Shown piece after piece: positions 9,869-19,798 of a DNA stretch of 64,000 nt. Origin of the DNA: Nitrosopumilaceae archaeon (GTDB taxonomy: Archaea > Thermoproteota > Nitrososphaeria > Nitrososphaerales > Nitrosopumilaceae); assembly GCA_965207375.1 (NCBI GenBank), contig OZ242274.1, forward strand, positions 1,248,001 to 1,312,000. Reading direction: 5' to 3'. Under the pieces are notes generated by a model. The model saw nothing but the letters and a program-made list of their open reading frames with translations, did no database searches and had not been told where the DNA came from. Both the position numbers and the translations under genes were made by a program. How positions within the stretch are numbered: position 1 is the first letter of the stretch; every line of letters starts with the position of its first letter.

Positions 9869-11044
9869 GTGTATAAAATAATACTTGTTTTTGCATTAAT
9901 TTTCATGATTGGTTTTGCAGCAAGCAGTGCATACTCGCAGGCACAAAGAGCCACATTCCAAGAAACGGCACAAATTTTAGTAGACAGAACAATAACTAGC
10001 AACATAACGTCCTCAGTAACACTACACACAACTAGCAATCAAGAAATCAAAATTCCTACCCAACTGAGTCAGAAAATTCTGCAAAACCCACGAATCGTAT
10101 CTGTAATTTTGACCAATCAGGAAGGGTGTGGCGTATTAGGAATATCTGATCAAAATTGCATTCTAGTCAATGTTTTAAGAGGCCCAGAGGATACCAACAT
10201 CATCAAAGTTCAAGAATCTGCCAAAAAATTTGGTGATAAGATAATTGATGATGTGAATATGGTGTTTGGCACAGATGCAAAGCACCATTCCAGCTATCTG
10301 CATTACCGAGATGCAAATAAGCAGATGCTTGAAACATCAGGTACAGTATCTGGAAAGGATGTAATATCTGCAGTATACGCCATGCCAAAAGAACAAACAC
10401 AATCTATGTATCAAAAAATATCTACATTAACTGTTGCAAGAGAAATTAGAGATGCCGGAGGATTTTATGATGTCGCACATGCCTTGTCGTATCATGATGA
10501 TTCGCACATGGCCTTTTCTATAATTCCGTTAAACGGTAACTTACTGTATCAGATTAAAGTATCTGCAGAGTATGCAGGAGCAGAAGATACAAACCAGTTC
10601 AGACCGCTAGATTATCTCCAAGTAGATGAAATTACGCGCTCAAAATATTTTGAAGGCGGATTTTATCCGCTAAATTCAATATTTCAGATAGTGATGTTAT
10701 CACCCCAGCAAATTCAGCTACATGACACAAACACAAATCCAATTCCAACAGTTACCGTAGATGGTGAGACAATACCTACAGAGCTTGTACAAAATGGTTG
10801 GATATTTGATGAAACTGTGGGGACTAAAATTGAAGGCAAATACCTGTTTGGCACAAAAACGTCTGCAAGCGGAGATGAACTAGCATTGGCATTTGGAGCA
10901 GTTGGAGAATCATCAAAAGTATCTACAAATATGCAAGACGATACAATTGAGCTTGATGAATCAATTGCAATAGTTGCAATAATTGCAATATTTGCAGTAG
11001 CAGCTGCCGGATTTTATCTTAAAGGGTACAGAAAAGGTCCTTAG
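9869..11044 (+). CDS. secreted protein with C-terminal membrane anchor
   Basis: Signal peptide after GTG 9869 (ORF track starts at 9797); C-terminal TM helix followed by KGYRK. Confidence 0.8.
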   Translation: MYKIILVFALIFMIGFAASSAYSQAQRATFQETAQILVDRTITSNITSSVTLHTTSNQEIKIPTQLSQKILQNPRIVSVILTNQEGCGVLGISDQNCILVNVLRGPEDTNIIKVQESAKKFGDKIIDDVNMVFGTDAKHHSSYLHYRDANKQMLETSGTVSGKDVISAVYAMPKEQTQSMYQKISTLTVAREIRDAGGFYDVAHALSYHDDSHMAFSIIPLNGNLLYQIKVSAEYAGAEDTNQFRPLDYLQVDEITRSKYFEGGFYPLNSIFQIVMLSPQQIQLHDTNTNPIPTVTVDGETIPTELVQNGWIFDETVGTKIEGKYLFGTKTSASGDELALAFGAVGESSKVSTNMQDDTIELDESIAIVAIIAIFAVAAAGFYLKGYRKGP

Positions 11045-11592
11045 AGTAACAATACTGCTGCAGAAAAGACCGTAGTCCATTTACCATCCTTGTCACCTTT
11101 TGCAGTTTGCGTGATGTTTTGTGTTTTGTAGATTTGACCTGAGACATTCCATTGTTGACGCTTTTCGTCCCAGTTTTTATCCACATCAAATGGAATCCCC
11201 AATGAGGATGCCAGCATTTGTGCGGCAATGTCCTCTGCATAATCTCCTGCCTGCTTTTCATTTTGACCAAATGAATCGTATTCAGAAAGGTATCCGTATC
11301 TGTTTGGATCAGCGGGTCTTGCTATTCCTACAGATGCACCACACAATCTGTGTGGTTCGTTGGTTTGATTGCGGGAATAAATTGTAAATAGGATTTGTCC
11401 TGGACTGATTTCTTTTAGTCCTGCGGCTCGTGAGACAAGTTTTGCATTTGGCGGAAAAATACTGGAAATCAGTACGATGTTGGTTCCTGCGATTCCTGCA
11501 TCTCGTAAAGCATATTCAAAACTAGTCAATCTGTCCTCATGGATGCCTTTTCCACGAGTCAAAAATAGCTTTTTAGCAACTAAATCTAGCAA
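11041..11592 (-). CDS. pdaD: pyruvoyl-dependent arginine decarboxylase
   Basis: SFEYALRDAGI, NIVLISSIFPP self-cleavage SS motif, GYLSEY. Confidence 0.92.
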   Translation of the reverse strand: MLDLVAKKLFLTRGKGIHEDRLTSFEYALRDAGIAGTNIVLISSIFPPNAKLVSRAAGLKEISPGQILFTIYSRNQTNEPHRLCGASVGIARPADPNRYGYLSEYDSFGQNEKQAGDYAEDIAAQMLASSLGIPFDVDKNWDEKRQQWNVSGQIYKTQNITQTAKGDKDGKWTTVFSAAVLLL

Positions 11593-11921
11593 ATCTGAAT
11601 TGAGAAAATATTGTTAATTATTTATATTATTTGCATGTCTCATCAAAATACGTATATGACAGTTGGGTTTTAGATGCATGATTTTATAATGATTATCTAA
11701 ATTCTCCATTCTGACCTCAGTTGCAGTGTTTTATTGTGGATTTTTGACTAGAGAATTAATACCTCCTATCTAATCTGATTTGCTTTAAAAATCAAATAAT
11801 TTCTCAACTCTTGGCCTGAATATTTTTGATAAAATGCTTTTTGAAATAATGTTAGATCTTTTTGCAAGGTTAGAAATATTTAGATTCTGCATAGTCATGC
11901 AAATGTGTACATGATTTTTTT

Positions 11922-12022
11922 GCAAGTGTTAACGTCACGCCTAAATTTTTATTTTATTTTTTGATGGCAAAGTAATCTCATATATGAAATTACCATAAAT
12001 TCAAAACAACGTTAACAGACAC
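11922..12022 (-). mobile_element. ~101-bp MITE family 1 copy
   Basis: Ends GCAAGTGTTAACGT ... ACGTTAACAGACAC; flanks ATTTTTTT/ATTTTTTA; similar to copies at 21737, 46594, 52360, 57335. Confidence 0.8.
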
Positions 12023-12246
12023 ATTTTTTATTATTCTATTATATTACCTGGTATTACAAGCAATATTGTTAGTTGCTAGCTGTGTTGTAATTATGTTTTT
12101 TAAAATTTTTAGATGCAAATTTGCAAAACATGATTTATAATCAAAAAAGATGACATCACTTGGATGTTTAATTCACATTGCAGTGTGAATCAGAATCTGC
12201 CTAGTTTTTGTTAATGCTTGCAACAAAAAACTTTATTGCCTTGTAC

Positions 12247-12456
12247 TCATTTGTCGCCGCTACGCTTTTTCTTTCTATAATCACGTGGGCGCGGGGCCTG
12301 TGTTAGAAATATCCATCCAAAAAATCCACCCAAACACAAATTGATTGTTCCTAACATGGTAAGATAAAACGCCGAAAAATTCAACCCCATCACGATTCCA
12401 ACAGTACCGGTTCCAAAGAACATAGCCATGATGACTTTGAGCCTGTACGGTTCCAT
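12247..12456 (-). CDS. small two-TM membrane protein
   Basis: MEPYRLKVIMAMFF... two hydrophobic helices and a basic tail; start at ATG 12456 because the longer track ORF crosses the tRNA. Confidence 0.75.
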   Translation of the reverse strand: MEPYRLKVIMAMFFGTGTVGIVMGLNFSAFYLTMLGTINLCLGGFFGWIFLTQAPRPRDYRKKKRSGDK

Positions 12457-12560
12457 GTACTTGAGTTTAAACACGATTTGCTCAAGGTTTGAGCATATTA
12501 AAAACTGACGGTAAAAATTGAGATAACACTTTAAAGCTTCAAGATGGGCAAAAAATTCGT

Positions 12561-12635
12561 GCCAATGTAGCTCAGCCTGGCTAGAGCATTCGCCTTGTAA
12601 GCGAAAGGTCATGGGTTCAGATCCCATCATTGGCT
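12561..12635 (+). tRNA. tRNA-Thr(UGU), no intron
   Basis: Acceptor GCCAATG/CATTGGC, anticodon arm TTCGC-cttgtaa-GCGAA, T arm ATGGG-ttcagat-CCCAT; TTTAAA box ~30 nt upstream. Confidence 0.96.
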
Positions 12636-12843
12636 TTATACTATAATTGACAGAGGTACAGTCTGTCACAGTCTGTACATCAAATTTTAGACACATCTTG
12701 GACAAACAATGCCTTGGGTTCATCCTTTAATCTGCTGATATTCAAGGGTTTATTAATAGTCAAAATAGCTTGCGCATATCGCAATAATGACGGACTGGCA
12801 ATGAGCTTTTCTGTCATTGCTATGAGAAAGAGAAAAAGAGAAA

Positions 12844-14670
12844 ATGACAAAATTTGAGGAATTGGGGATAAAGACATCCATCTTGGAAGGATTAGCCAAG
12901 CTTGGCTTTGATGAGGCGTTTCCGATTCAAGAGGCGACCATACCTGTATTACTTTCAGGAAGAGATGTTGTAGGTCAAGCACATACAGGCTCTGGAAAAA
13001 CTGCTGCATTTGGAATTTCAATGTTGCAACAAATCAAACAGGGCGGAGGAATTCAGGGTCTCGTCATGGCACCAACTAGAGAGCTTGCAAATCAAATATC
13101 TGATGAGATTAAAAAATTCGGTAAATTTACTGGAATTAAGGTGGTGACAATTTATGGCGGCCAAGGAATGGGAATTCAACTTGATGCATTAAGAAAAAAT
13201 CCAGAAATAGTTGTGGCAACACCTGGCAGACTAATTGATCATATAAACAGAGGATCTATTGTTTTAGAAAACATATCTCATGTTGTATTAGATGAGGCAG
13301 ATACCATGCTAGACATGGGATTTATTGATGATATAAAATTCGTATTACAACTAACTCCTGATGAGAAAACAATGTCTTTGTTTTCAGCTACGATGCCTGT
13401 GGACATTCTCAGACTTGCCGAAGAGCATCTTCGAGATGCAAAACAATTCCTACTAGACGCAGACGATCTAAGTGGCGAGGGAATTGATCAGTCGTATCTA
13501 GTCATAAAAGATAGGGACAAGCCAGAACACCTCTTTAATTTTATCAACGAAAATGATGGAAAACAATGCATAGTATTTTGCTCTACTAAATACAGAACAC
13601 GTGATGTAGCATATCTGCTAAGAAAAAAATACAACACAGTAGTTATTGAAGGAGACATGTCGCAACCCAAAAGAGAGGCATCTATGTCAAGATTCAGACA
13701 GGGAAAGGCACAAATCTTGGTGGCCACAGATGTGGCATCAAGGGGAATCGATGTCCCACAAGTTTCGTTGGTAATCAACTATGATGTGCCAAATCAAGAC
13801 ATGACATACTTTCACAGGATTGGAAGGACCGCAAGAGCAGGTGCAAAGGGTCGTGCCATCACTTTGGTGTCATATTCCTCTATTGGAGATTTCAACATAA
13901 TAAAGCGTCAAATCAAGGTAGACCTAAAAGATCTCAACAAAGAAATGGGAATTGAAATTTCTATCCCAGATCCGCTAAAGCGAGATGTTGCACCTAGAAG
14001 ATACGGATCATACTCTCGTGGAAATAGAGACAAGCGCGGATTTGGACGCAGAGATAACAGAAGCTCTCGAGGTGGATTTGGACGCAGAGATGATAGAAAT
14101 TCCGGCAGTGGATACAGAAACAGTGGATTCAGACGAGACGGTGACAGAAACAGTGGATTCAGACGAGACGGTGACAGAAACAGTGGATTCAGACGAGACG
14201 GTGACAGAAACAGTGGATTCAGACGAGACGGTGACAGAAACAATGACAGAAACAGTGGATTCAGACGAGACGGTGACAGAAACAATGACAGAAACAGTGG
14301 ATTCAGACGAGACGGTGACAGAAACAGTGGATTCAGACGAGACGGTGACAGAAACAGTGGATTCAGACGAGACGGTGACAGAAACAGTGGATTCAGACGA
14401 GACGGTGACAGAAACAGTGGATTCAGACGAGACGGTGACAGAAACAGTGGATTCAGACGAGACGGTGACAGAAACAGTGGATTCAGACGAGACGGTGACA
14501 GAAACAGTGGATTCAGACGAGACGGTGACAGAAACAGTGGATTCAGACGAGACGGTGAAAAAATCAGCAGTTATAGAAATCAAAGACGTGATGGAGACGG
14601 TGGCAAACCTGGATACAAAAACCAGTCTGAGAACCGAAAGAAATTTGGAAATCTGCGCAGCAGATGGTAA
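12844..14670 (+). CDS. deaD: DEAD-box RNA helicase with expanded R/G/D-rich repeat tail
   Basis: Q motif, AHTGSGKT, PTRELA, TPGR, DEAD, SAT, HRIGRTAR. Confidence 0.95.
   Translation: MTKFEELGIKTSILEGLAKLGFDEAFPIQEATIPVLLSGRDVVGQAHTGSGKTAAFGISMLQQIKQGGGIQGLVMAPTRELANQISDEIKKFGKFTGIKVVTIYGGQGMGIQLDALRKNPEIVVATPGRLIDHINRGSIVLENISHVVLDEADTMLDMGFIDDIKFVLQLTPDEKTMSLFSATMPVDILRLAEEHLRDAKQFLLDADDLSGEGIDQSYLVIKDRDKPEHLFNFINENDGKQCIVFCSTKYRTRDVAYLLRKKYNTVVIEGDMSQPKREASMSRFRQGKAQILVATDVASRGIDVPQVSLVINYDVPNQDMTYFHRIGRTARAGAKGRAITLVSYSSIGDFNIIKRQIKVDLKDLNKEMGIEISIPDPLKRDVAPRRYGSYSRGNRDKRGFGRRDNRSSRGGFGRRDDRNSGSGYRNSGFRRDGDRNSGFRRDGDRNSGFRRDGDRNSGFRRDGDRNNDRNSGFRRDGDRNNDRNSGFRRDGDRNSGFRRDGDRNSGFRRDGDRNSGFRRDGDRNSGFRRDGDRNSGFRRDGDRNSGFRRDGDRNSGFRRDGDRNSGFRRDGEKISSYRNQRRDGDGGKPGYKNQSENRKKFGNLRSRW
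14116..14559 (+). repeat. 30-bp coding tandem repeat (RNSGFRRDGD) x14
   Basis: Unit AGAAACAGTGGATTCAGACGAGACGGTGAC in a 4+1+9 arrangement separated by two 12-bp AGAAACAATGAC inserts; last unit ends GAA. Confidence 0.97.
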
Positions 14671-14715
14671 TTTTATAAACTTTAAGAGTCAGTGTGTGAT
14701 AATTAAGAATATAGA

Positions 14716-14952
14716 ATGCATATAGGCTATGTTTTACTAAACTGTGATCTTGGAGCAGAGGAATACCTCGTAGAGCAAATCAAACAAATACCTCATGTTA
14801 AACATGCATATCTTACGTTTGGTGCATATGATGTAGTAGCAGAGATTCATGCAGATACTCAAGAGGATTTTGAATACACTGTAGGCAGCAAGGTGAGAAA
14901 ATTATCAAGGGTCGTAAGCACCATGACTCTAAATGTAATAAACCCCGAATGA
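14716..14952 (+). CDS. Lrp/AsnC ligand-binding (RAM) domain protein
   Basis: GYVLLNC..., TFGAYDVVAEI, VVSTMTL. Confidence 0.88.
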   Translation: MHIGYVLLNCDLGAEEYLVEQIKQIPHVKHAYLTFGAYDVVAEIHADTQEDFEYTVGSKVRKLSRVVSTMTLNVINPE

Positions 14953-14985
14953 CAGTTATATGAGACACTAAGAGTTTGAAAAAAG

Positions 14986-15273
14986 ATGGATAAAATAGAA
15001 TATACGGACAAGGTTTTTGCAATCAATCACAACAACCCTGAACCACTAGTCAAACACGCACTTCATCAATTGGAGCTGCACGGAATAAAAAAAGAGGACA
15101 TAGAATTAACAGACGCACCTGAAAATGTACAGGTGGGAGCAATAGTGGTTGAAATTTGGCCATATCATCTAGATGTGGCAAGAGTTAGAACAATTCGAAA
15201 TGAATCTTTTATCAGCGGAACCGTAATGACAATTGAGTTAAAAATAGATGCAGATGGAGAATACACAGACTAA
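14986..15273 (+). CDS. hypothetical protein
   Basis: 95-aa ORF in a co-directional gene string. Confidence 0.75.
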   Translation: MDKIEYTDKVFAINHNNPEPLVKHALHQLELHGIKKEDIELTDAPENVQVGAIVVEIWPYHLDVARVRTIRNESFISGTVMTIELKIDADGEYTD

Positions 15274-15314
15274 ATTACAAAATTAATATCAAGGACACCA
15301 TAAAGTAAAACATC

Positions 15315-15812
15315 TTGAAAAAAAGACAGAAACAAAACCTAATCATGGCAGCAATTGTAGTTGTTATCATTGCAAGCTTGGCAGGATACAGCTATTCGCT
15401 GGAACAAACAAGACAGGTTGGATTTATTTTTGGAAATGAAATTTTTGCAATTCAAGAAAAATTAAAAAATTACCAGGCAGCATTTAGCTCTATGACAACA
15501 CAGTGGGAGGAAGGAGATCTCACAGAATCAGAATTAAATAAATTTGCAAAGAATCACTTTGATAAAATGACTCAATTGATATCTGAATATGACAAACTAA
15601 TACCTCCAAAATCATTTGAATCATCTGTGGCCATCTTCAAATTATCTGCACAATCTCAGCTGGAAAGTGACAGGGAGTATATTTTATGGCTACAAACCGG
15701 AGATGATGCACACCTTATAAGATCTGATGCATTGATTCAAGAGTCATTTGAATATGATACTGCAGCATTAGGAGAATTTAACCGCGCAAAGATTGGAATT
15801 GAGGTACCGTAA
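15315..15812 (+). CDS. membrane-anchored helical hypothetical protein
   Basis: Basic N-terminus plus TM helix, then a helical domain. Confidence 0.75.
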   Translation: MKKRQKQNLIMAAIVVVIIASLAGYSYSLEQTRQVGFIFGNEIFAIQEKLKNYQAAFSSMTTQWEEGDLTESELNKFAKNHFDKMTQLISEYDKLIPPKSFESSVAIFKLSAQSQLESDREYILWLQTGDDAHLIRSDALIQESFEYDTAALGEFNRAKIGIEVP

Positions 15813-15840
15813 TTCTTTAATTTTTGAATACGTAACAAAT

Positions 15841-16599
15841 ATGATGAAAAAGTATCTTTTAGCAATGGTTTTGGCGACTTTTTTGATGCCTGCATATGCT
15901 GAGGTCTCAATACACAATGATCAAAAATACCTTGCAGATGATCAAAGCATACACATTGTGGGTGAACTACAAAATGATTTGGAATATACAATAAGTCAGG
16001 TCTCAATCAAGGCCACCCTATATTCAGAAGATAACGAAATTTTAGACATAAAAAGTGTAGATTCCCTAGTTAGAACGATATCGCCTGGAATGAAGGCGCC
16101 CTTTGACATAGTTATCATAGATAAAAAATCAAAGGAAATGGCAAATTACGACCTAGAGCTGACCTATCAAATCAGTGCACCAAAAAGCCAAGTGATAGAG
16201 ATTACCAATTCACAATTGATACGAGACAAATTAAACAACTTGATGATTTCAGGAACCGTTACAAACAAGGGAGAAATCACTGCAAATACCGTATCTATAG
16301 TTGCCACATTGTATGATATCTCAGGCAATGTGGTAGCCGTTTCAAAGCTGCATGCAGAGCCTGATTATCTAAGAAGCAATGATCAAACTCATTTTGTGGT
16401 TATTGTTCCAGATAAGACAAAGTCTGATTCTGTACGCGACTATGTGCTAGTGGCCGAATCCGAAGAATACGCAGCCGTTCCAGAGTTTCCAATTGGTTCG
16501 GGATTGCTATTGGCAGGGTCTGTGGGAGCATATGTCCTAATTACAAGGGTGCCGAATCGATTTATAGCAAGTTTAGTGTCTGTAACCGATTTAAAATAG
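15841..16599 (+). CDS. secreted Ig-like (FxLYD-type) domain protein with PEF-type C-terminal sorting signal
   Basis: Signal peptide from ATG 15841; two repeats of G-x-x-x-N...ATLY; VPEFP followed by a TM helix. Confidence 0.8.
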   Translation: MMKKYLLAMVLATFLMPAYAEVSIHNDQKYLADDQSIHIVGELQNDLEYTISQVSIKATLYSEDNEILDIKSVDSLVRTISPGMKAPFDIVIIDKKSKEMANYDLELTYQISAPKSQVIEITNSQLIRDKLNNLMISGTVTNKGEITANTVSIVATLYDISGNVVAVSKLHAEPDYLRSNDQTHFVVIVPDKTKSDSVRDYVLVAESEEYAAVPEFPIGSGLLLAGSVGAYVLITRVPNRFIASLVSVTDLK

Positions 16600-17026
16600 A
16601 CTCTATGTTTTCATAAATGATTTTCTTGTCTAGGGCAATGGGATTTTCAAACCTTACCTCCATTGTGATGCTGAGCATATCTTGATCTGTGTGTGAAACC
16701 GATATGGAATGCGTACTCTTAAAGGAGGAGAGAAATTTTTTCCAGTCTGATATGCGGGTAAGTGATGATTGCACCTGTTCTGTTAGGCCATCTATTAACA
16801 TGAACTCTTCGGTAAATATTCCGAATTTGACCATGGGAACGGTCAGAAAACCACGGGTGATTTTGTCTGAATTTTTATGCATCTGCTCAATTATCTCCAA
16901 TTCTTTTTCAGGAGATTTTATTTTTCCATAATCGGGATCAAAATACCCTGCAACCTGCTTTTTAGAGTCATAGATTTTGTAAAAATACTCTTCAAAATCC
17001 AACTTCCACATGTATTTTCCAAACAA
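16562..17026 (-). CDS. hypothetical protein
   Basis: 154-aa ORF with normal composition. Confidence 0.7.
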   Translation of the reverse strand: MFGKYMWKLDFEEYFYKIYDSKKQVAGYFDPDYGKIKSPEKELEIIEQMHKNSDKITRGFLTVPMVKFGIFTEEFMLIDGLTEQVQSSLTRISDWKKFLSSFKSTHSISVSHTDQDMLSITMEVRFENPIALDKKIIYENIESILNRLQTLNLL

Positions 17027-17046
17027 AAGTGTTAGATAAACGTAAT

Positions 17047-17343
17047 TTAGCAGTTACAGATTGGTTTTGACCCAGTTGATTGTTCAAAGTCTGCTATCAT
17101 CTTTTTCTGAGTTTTGTCAGGATCATCGACAAAGAGTTTCTGATAGGTGTATGTTTTTTGTTTACATTTGTCTGATTCAAAATCCGTATCAAGATATTTT
17201 GTAAACTGTTCTTGAAGGTTTTGTGCAGCACCGATAAATAAGACGGTAGATTTTCTGTCATAAAAAACGTAGATTGCAGGTCTGGGTTTTACAAACCTGG
17301 CACTGTCTATCCACACTTGAACCTTTTCTTCTAAAATTTCCAT
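17047..17343 (-). CDS. small GIY-YIG-like domain protein
   Basis: AIYVFYD...VLFIGAAQNL resembles a degenerate GIY-YIG/UvrC N-terminal pattern. Confidence 0.6.
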   Translation of the reverse strand: MEILEEKVQVWIDSARFVKPRPAIYVFYDRKSTVLFIGAAQNLQEQFTKYLDTDFESDKCKQKTYTYQKLFVDDPDKTQKKMIADFEQSTGSKPICNC

Positions 17344-17530
17344 GGCTCTAATTTGTCAAATAATACTGTGCAGAACACTCTTTGCAGCAAAAAATACTAA
17401 TAAATAATTCAAATTCCTTATTACAATTTTTACAATGCGTCAACATATAACAATTTGATGTGAGCCTAGTATAAGAACTATATACAAATGCAAAGAATCA
17501 ACTTAATAATTTGAATCATTCACAAATATC

Positions 17531-17854
17531 ATGACCATATCAAAGGAGAACAAAGAGTTCATTGCTGGCTTGATTGATTATTACATATCTACTGCCTCCT
17601 CATACAAGGATTTGGCTCGGGTATACAGCGACTTTACTGATTCTCTTGAAGATACTACACTAGGCATGATAACAGGAAGCATTTATTCTAGTTTTATGCA
17701 GATTTATCAAAACCAACAGGTGACACCTAGCATTGAAGATATTGATGAATTCAATCAAATGATAAAGGCTAGATCATCTGAAATTAAAAAGGCAATCTTG
17801 GAATTAAAACCTGAAAAAGAAACTCTGATATCAAATACAGATACTAGAAAATAA
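17531..17854 (+). CDS. hypothetical protein
   Basis: 107-aa helical ORF with an AT-rich TATA-like element upstream. Confidence 0.75.
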   Translation: MTISKENKEFIAGLIDYYISTASSYKDLARVYSDFTDSLEDTTLGMITGSIYSSFMQIYQNQQVTPSIEDIDEFNQMIKARSSEIKKAILELKPEKETLISNTDTRK

Positions 17855-18192
17855 AATGTGCAACACGTGTATAGAATAGATTTAGCTGTATCTGCAAAAG
17901 TCGTAACATGTCTACTTTTTAAATCTGTGTGCAAAAAACTCCAAGCATATTCTTGGGGTTTTATATGTGATTTAGACGCAGGCACTTGAGCCAAAGTGTT
18001 GTCAAAAATCATACAAACAGGGTTTATGCCTCCTAATTTTCCCTGCTGTGACATGTCAGAATGTATTTGCCTTTAGTTCTTTACAAATTCTGATGGTTTG
18101 TTTGTATTTGATTTGCAAATTATAAGGCCTATGAATATGTCCTTGGCACAAAACATGGATACAATTATAATTTTTGAATAAATGGGATAATC

Positions 18193-18285
18193 ATGAAAGC
18201 GAATGGGAGCAAAGTGATCTTCTTTTTAGGTGTGGGCTTTTCGCTAGTTGTAGCAATGATTAGTTTGATGTTTGCATTAGGATAA
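18193..18285 (+). CDS. 30-aa single-TM microprotein
   Basis: MKANGSKVIFFLGVGFSLVVAMISLMFALG. Confidence 0.5.
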   Translation: MKANGSKVIFFLGVGFSLVVAMISLMFALG

Positions 18286-18406
18286 ATGAAAATCAGTTTA
18301 GAACATGTACATGAATTAAAAATTTAGTTAAAAATCGCAAACAGTTCAAACAAACTTTTAGAGTTTCTTTGATCCTTGTTATATATTGTTTTTACATAAC
18401 TTGTAC

Positions 18407-18516
18407 AGGTTACGAGGAAATCATCAATCGTAGAGCGATTGAATGAAAAGAAAAGGGAAAAGATCAAATGTTATTGCCCATGGTAGATGCCATGGATATT
18501 TCCTCGTCCTTTTTTT
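18407..18516 (+). ncRNA. candidate small RNA with three-way junction
   Basis: Upstream TTATATAT box, closing stem ACGAGGAAAT/ATTTCCTCGT, two internal hairpins, T7 run at the 3' end. Confidence 0.55.
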
Positions 18517-18940
18517 ACAATTAAATTTGTGTGATGTTTAGAATCTGCAGAGTTTACACATGATAATTTTAAAAAATAATGAAACCAAAATGCGTGCAAG
18601 CATGACGCCATAATAATGGCATTTTATGATTCTGATATTTTTTAAATTTACTATATGCTGATGAATAAATCCTGCTATTTGTTAATCCTGTATAATGTAC
18701 GAGTATTCTTTCATAGGCTGAATTATGCCTCCAATGAATCTTAATGCCAAATCTGTAGGAAAACGGTATTGATACTGTGTTTTATCTTGATGTATTACAA
18801 TATATTTTGTATAATGTAACTATTTAGATCGCAATAAACTAGCTGTTTCTTTGCTAGTTGCAGCATAATCAGAGCCATCGCTGTATCCAGAAAATTCACT
18901 AACTGTATGATTATATAATCAATAAATATTTAGTTACGGT

Positions 18941-19792
18941 ATGCTTCACTTGACAGACCCCGTTACCAATTATGGAAACTTGATGTCCTACAAGTTTTAC
19001 ATCCGACCTGCAGCACATGCACAGTTTGGCTATATTGCAAAAGTCAAATCAAAGCATCAAAAAAATGTACATCATGTATTGCGTTTGTTATTCATTCATG
19101 GGGCCTGCACCACCTGGGATATGGCAAAGATACGTCTTAATAACACCAATGAGATTCGAGAAAAGGAAAGGGAATACCGGCGACTCTTTGTAGGAAGAAA
19201 CGACGGCGTACGACATACAAACGGCATATTGGATCTTGGTCTCGTGATAAGGCAGGAAAAGATCATTGGAAAAAAGATTTCTTGGATATATCGACTTTCA
19301 CTGCATGGAATTTTGTACTGTCTAGATGTATTAGAGCCTACAAAAAAGGATATTGACACAATGGCATCAAAGTATGCTGCATCACTACCTATGATATTTG
19401 GAAGGTGGGATGTGTTAAAATCTTTTCTGGGAGATGACGTATACAGATTGAGTGTGCTTTCAAAGGCACTCTTTTTGGATAACGCTACGACCACATCTGA
19501 CACATCTAATCCTCTGCATGAACTTATGACTTTTGTTCATATAAAATACAAAAAACATTTTGATTTAATATCTGAGCAGGACTTGGCAGAACAGATAGCA
19601 TATTGGTTTTACACATATATGCGATACTATATACATCCAAAATCTAAAAAAACTTTGAGCAGTAACGGTAAGATAAAAAAGATGTTCATGCAGGATCCGC
19701 ACCTTCACAAATGGTACGTGAAATTTTTCAAAGATGCCAAAGCCTATTACAAGCAGAGACTTTATACTATGAATTCTGTAACCTCGCCTTAG
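18941..19792 (+). CDS. hypothetical protein, possible winged-helix regulator
   Basis: 283-aa basic protein (GACTTWDMAK...YRLSLHGILYC); convergent with the two-component pair. Confidence 0.75.
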   Translation: MLHLTDPVTNYGNLMSYKFYIRPAAHAQFGYIAKVKSKHQKNVHHVLRLLFIHGACTTWDMAKIRLNNTNEIREKEREYRRLFVGRNDGVRHTNGILDLGLVIRQEKIIGKKISWIYRLSLHGILYCLDVLEPTKKDIDTMASKYAASLPMIFGRWDVLKSFLGDDVYRLSVLSKALFLDNATTTSDTSNPLHELMTFVHIKYKKHFDLISEQDLAEQIAYWFYTYMRYYIHPKSKKTLSSNGKIKKMFMQDPHLHKWYVKFFKDAKAYYKQRLYTMNSVTSP

Positions 19793-19798
19793 TAAATT

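Noticed and set aside
12561-12635. tRNA-Thr as an integration site for a provirus or island
   Set aside because: No integrase, and no duplicated tRNA 3' end seen in the window
12457-12723. N-terminal extension of ORF 12247..12723
   Set aside because: Runs antisense through tRNA-Thr; the real start is probably 12456
14116-14559. 30-bp repeats as a CRISPR array
   Set aside because: Units are head-to-tail with no unique spacers, lie in frame inside the helicase, and there are no cas genes
13908-14725. ORFs 13985..14725, 14008..14583 and 13908..14285
   Set aside because: Shadow frames produced by the stop-free tandem repeat within the helicase gene
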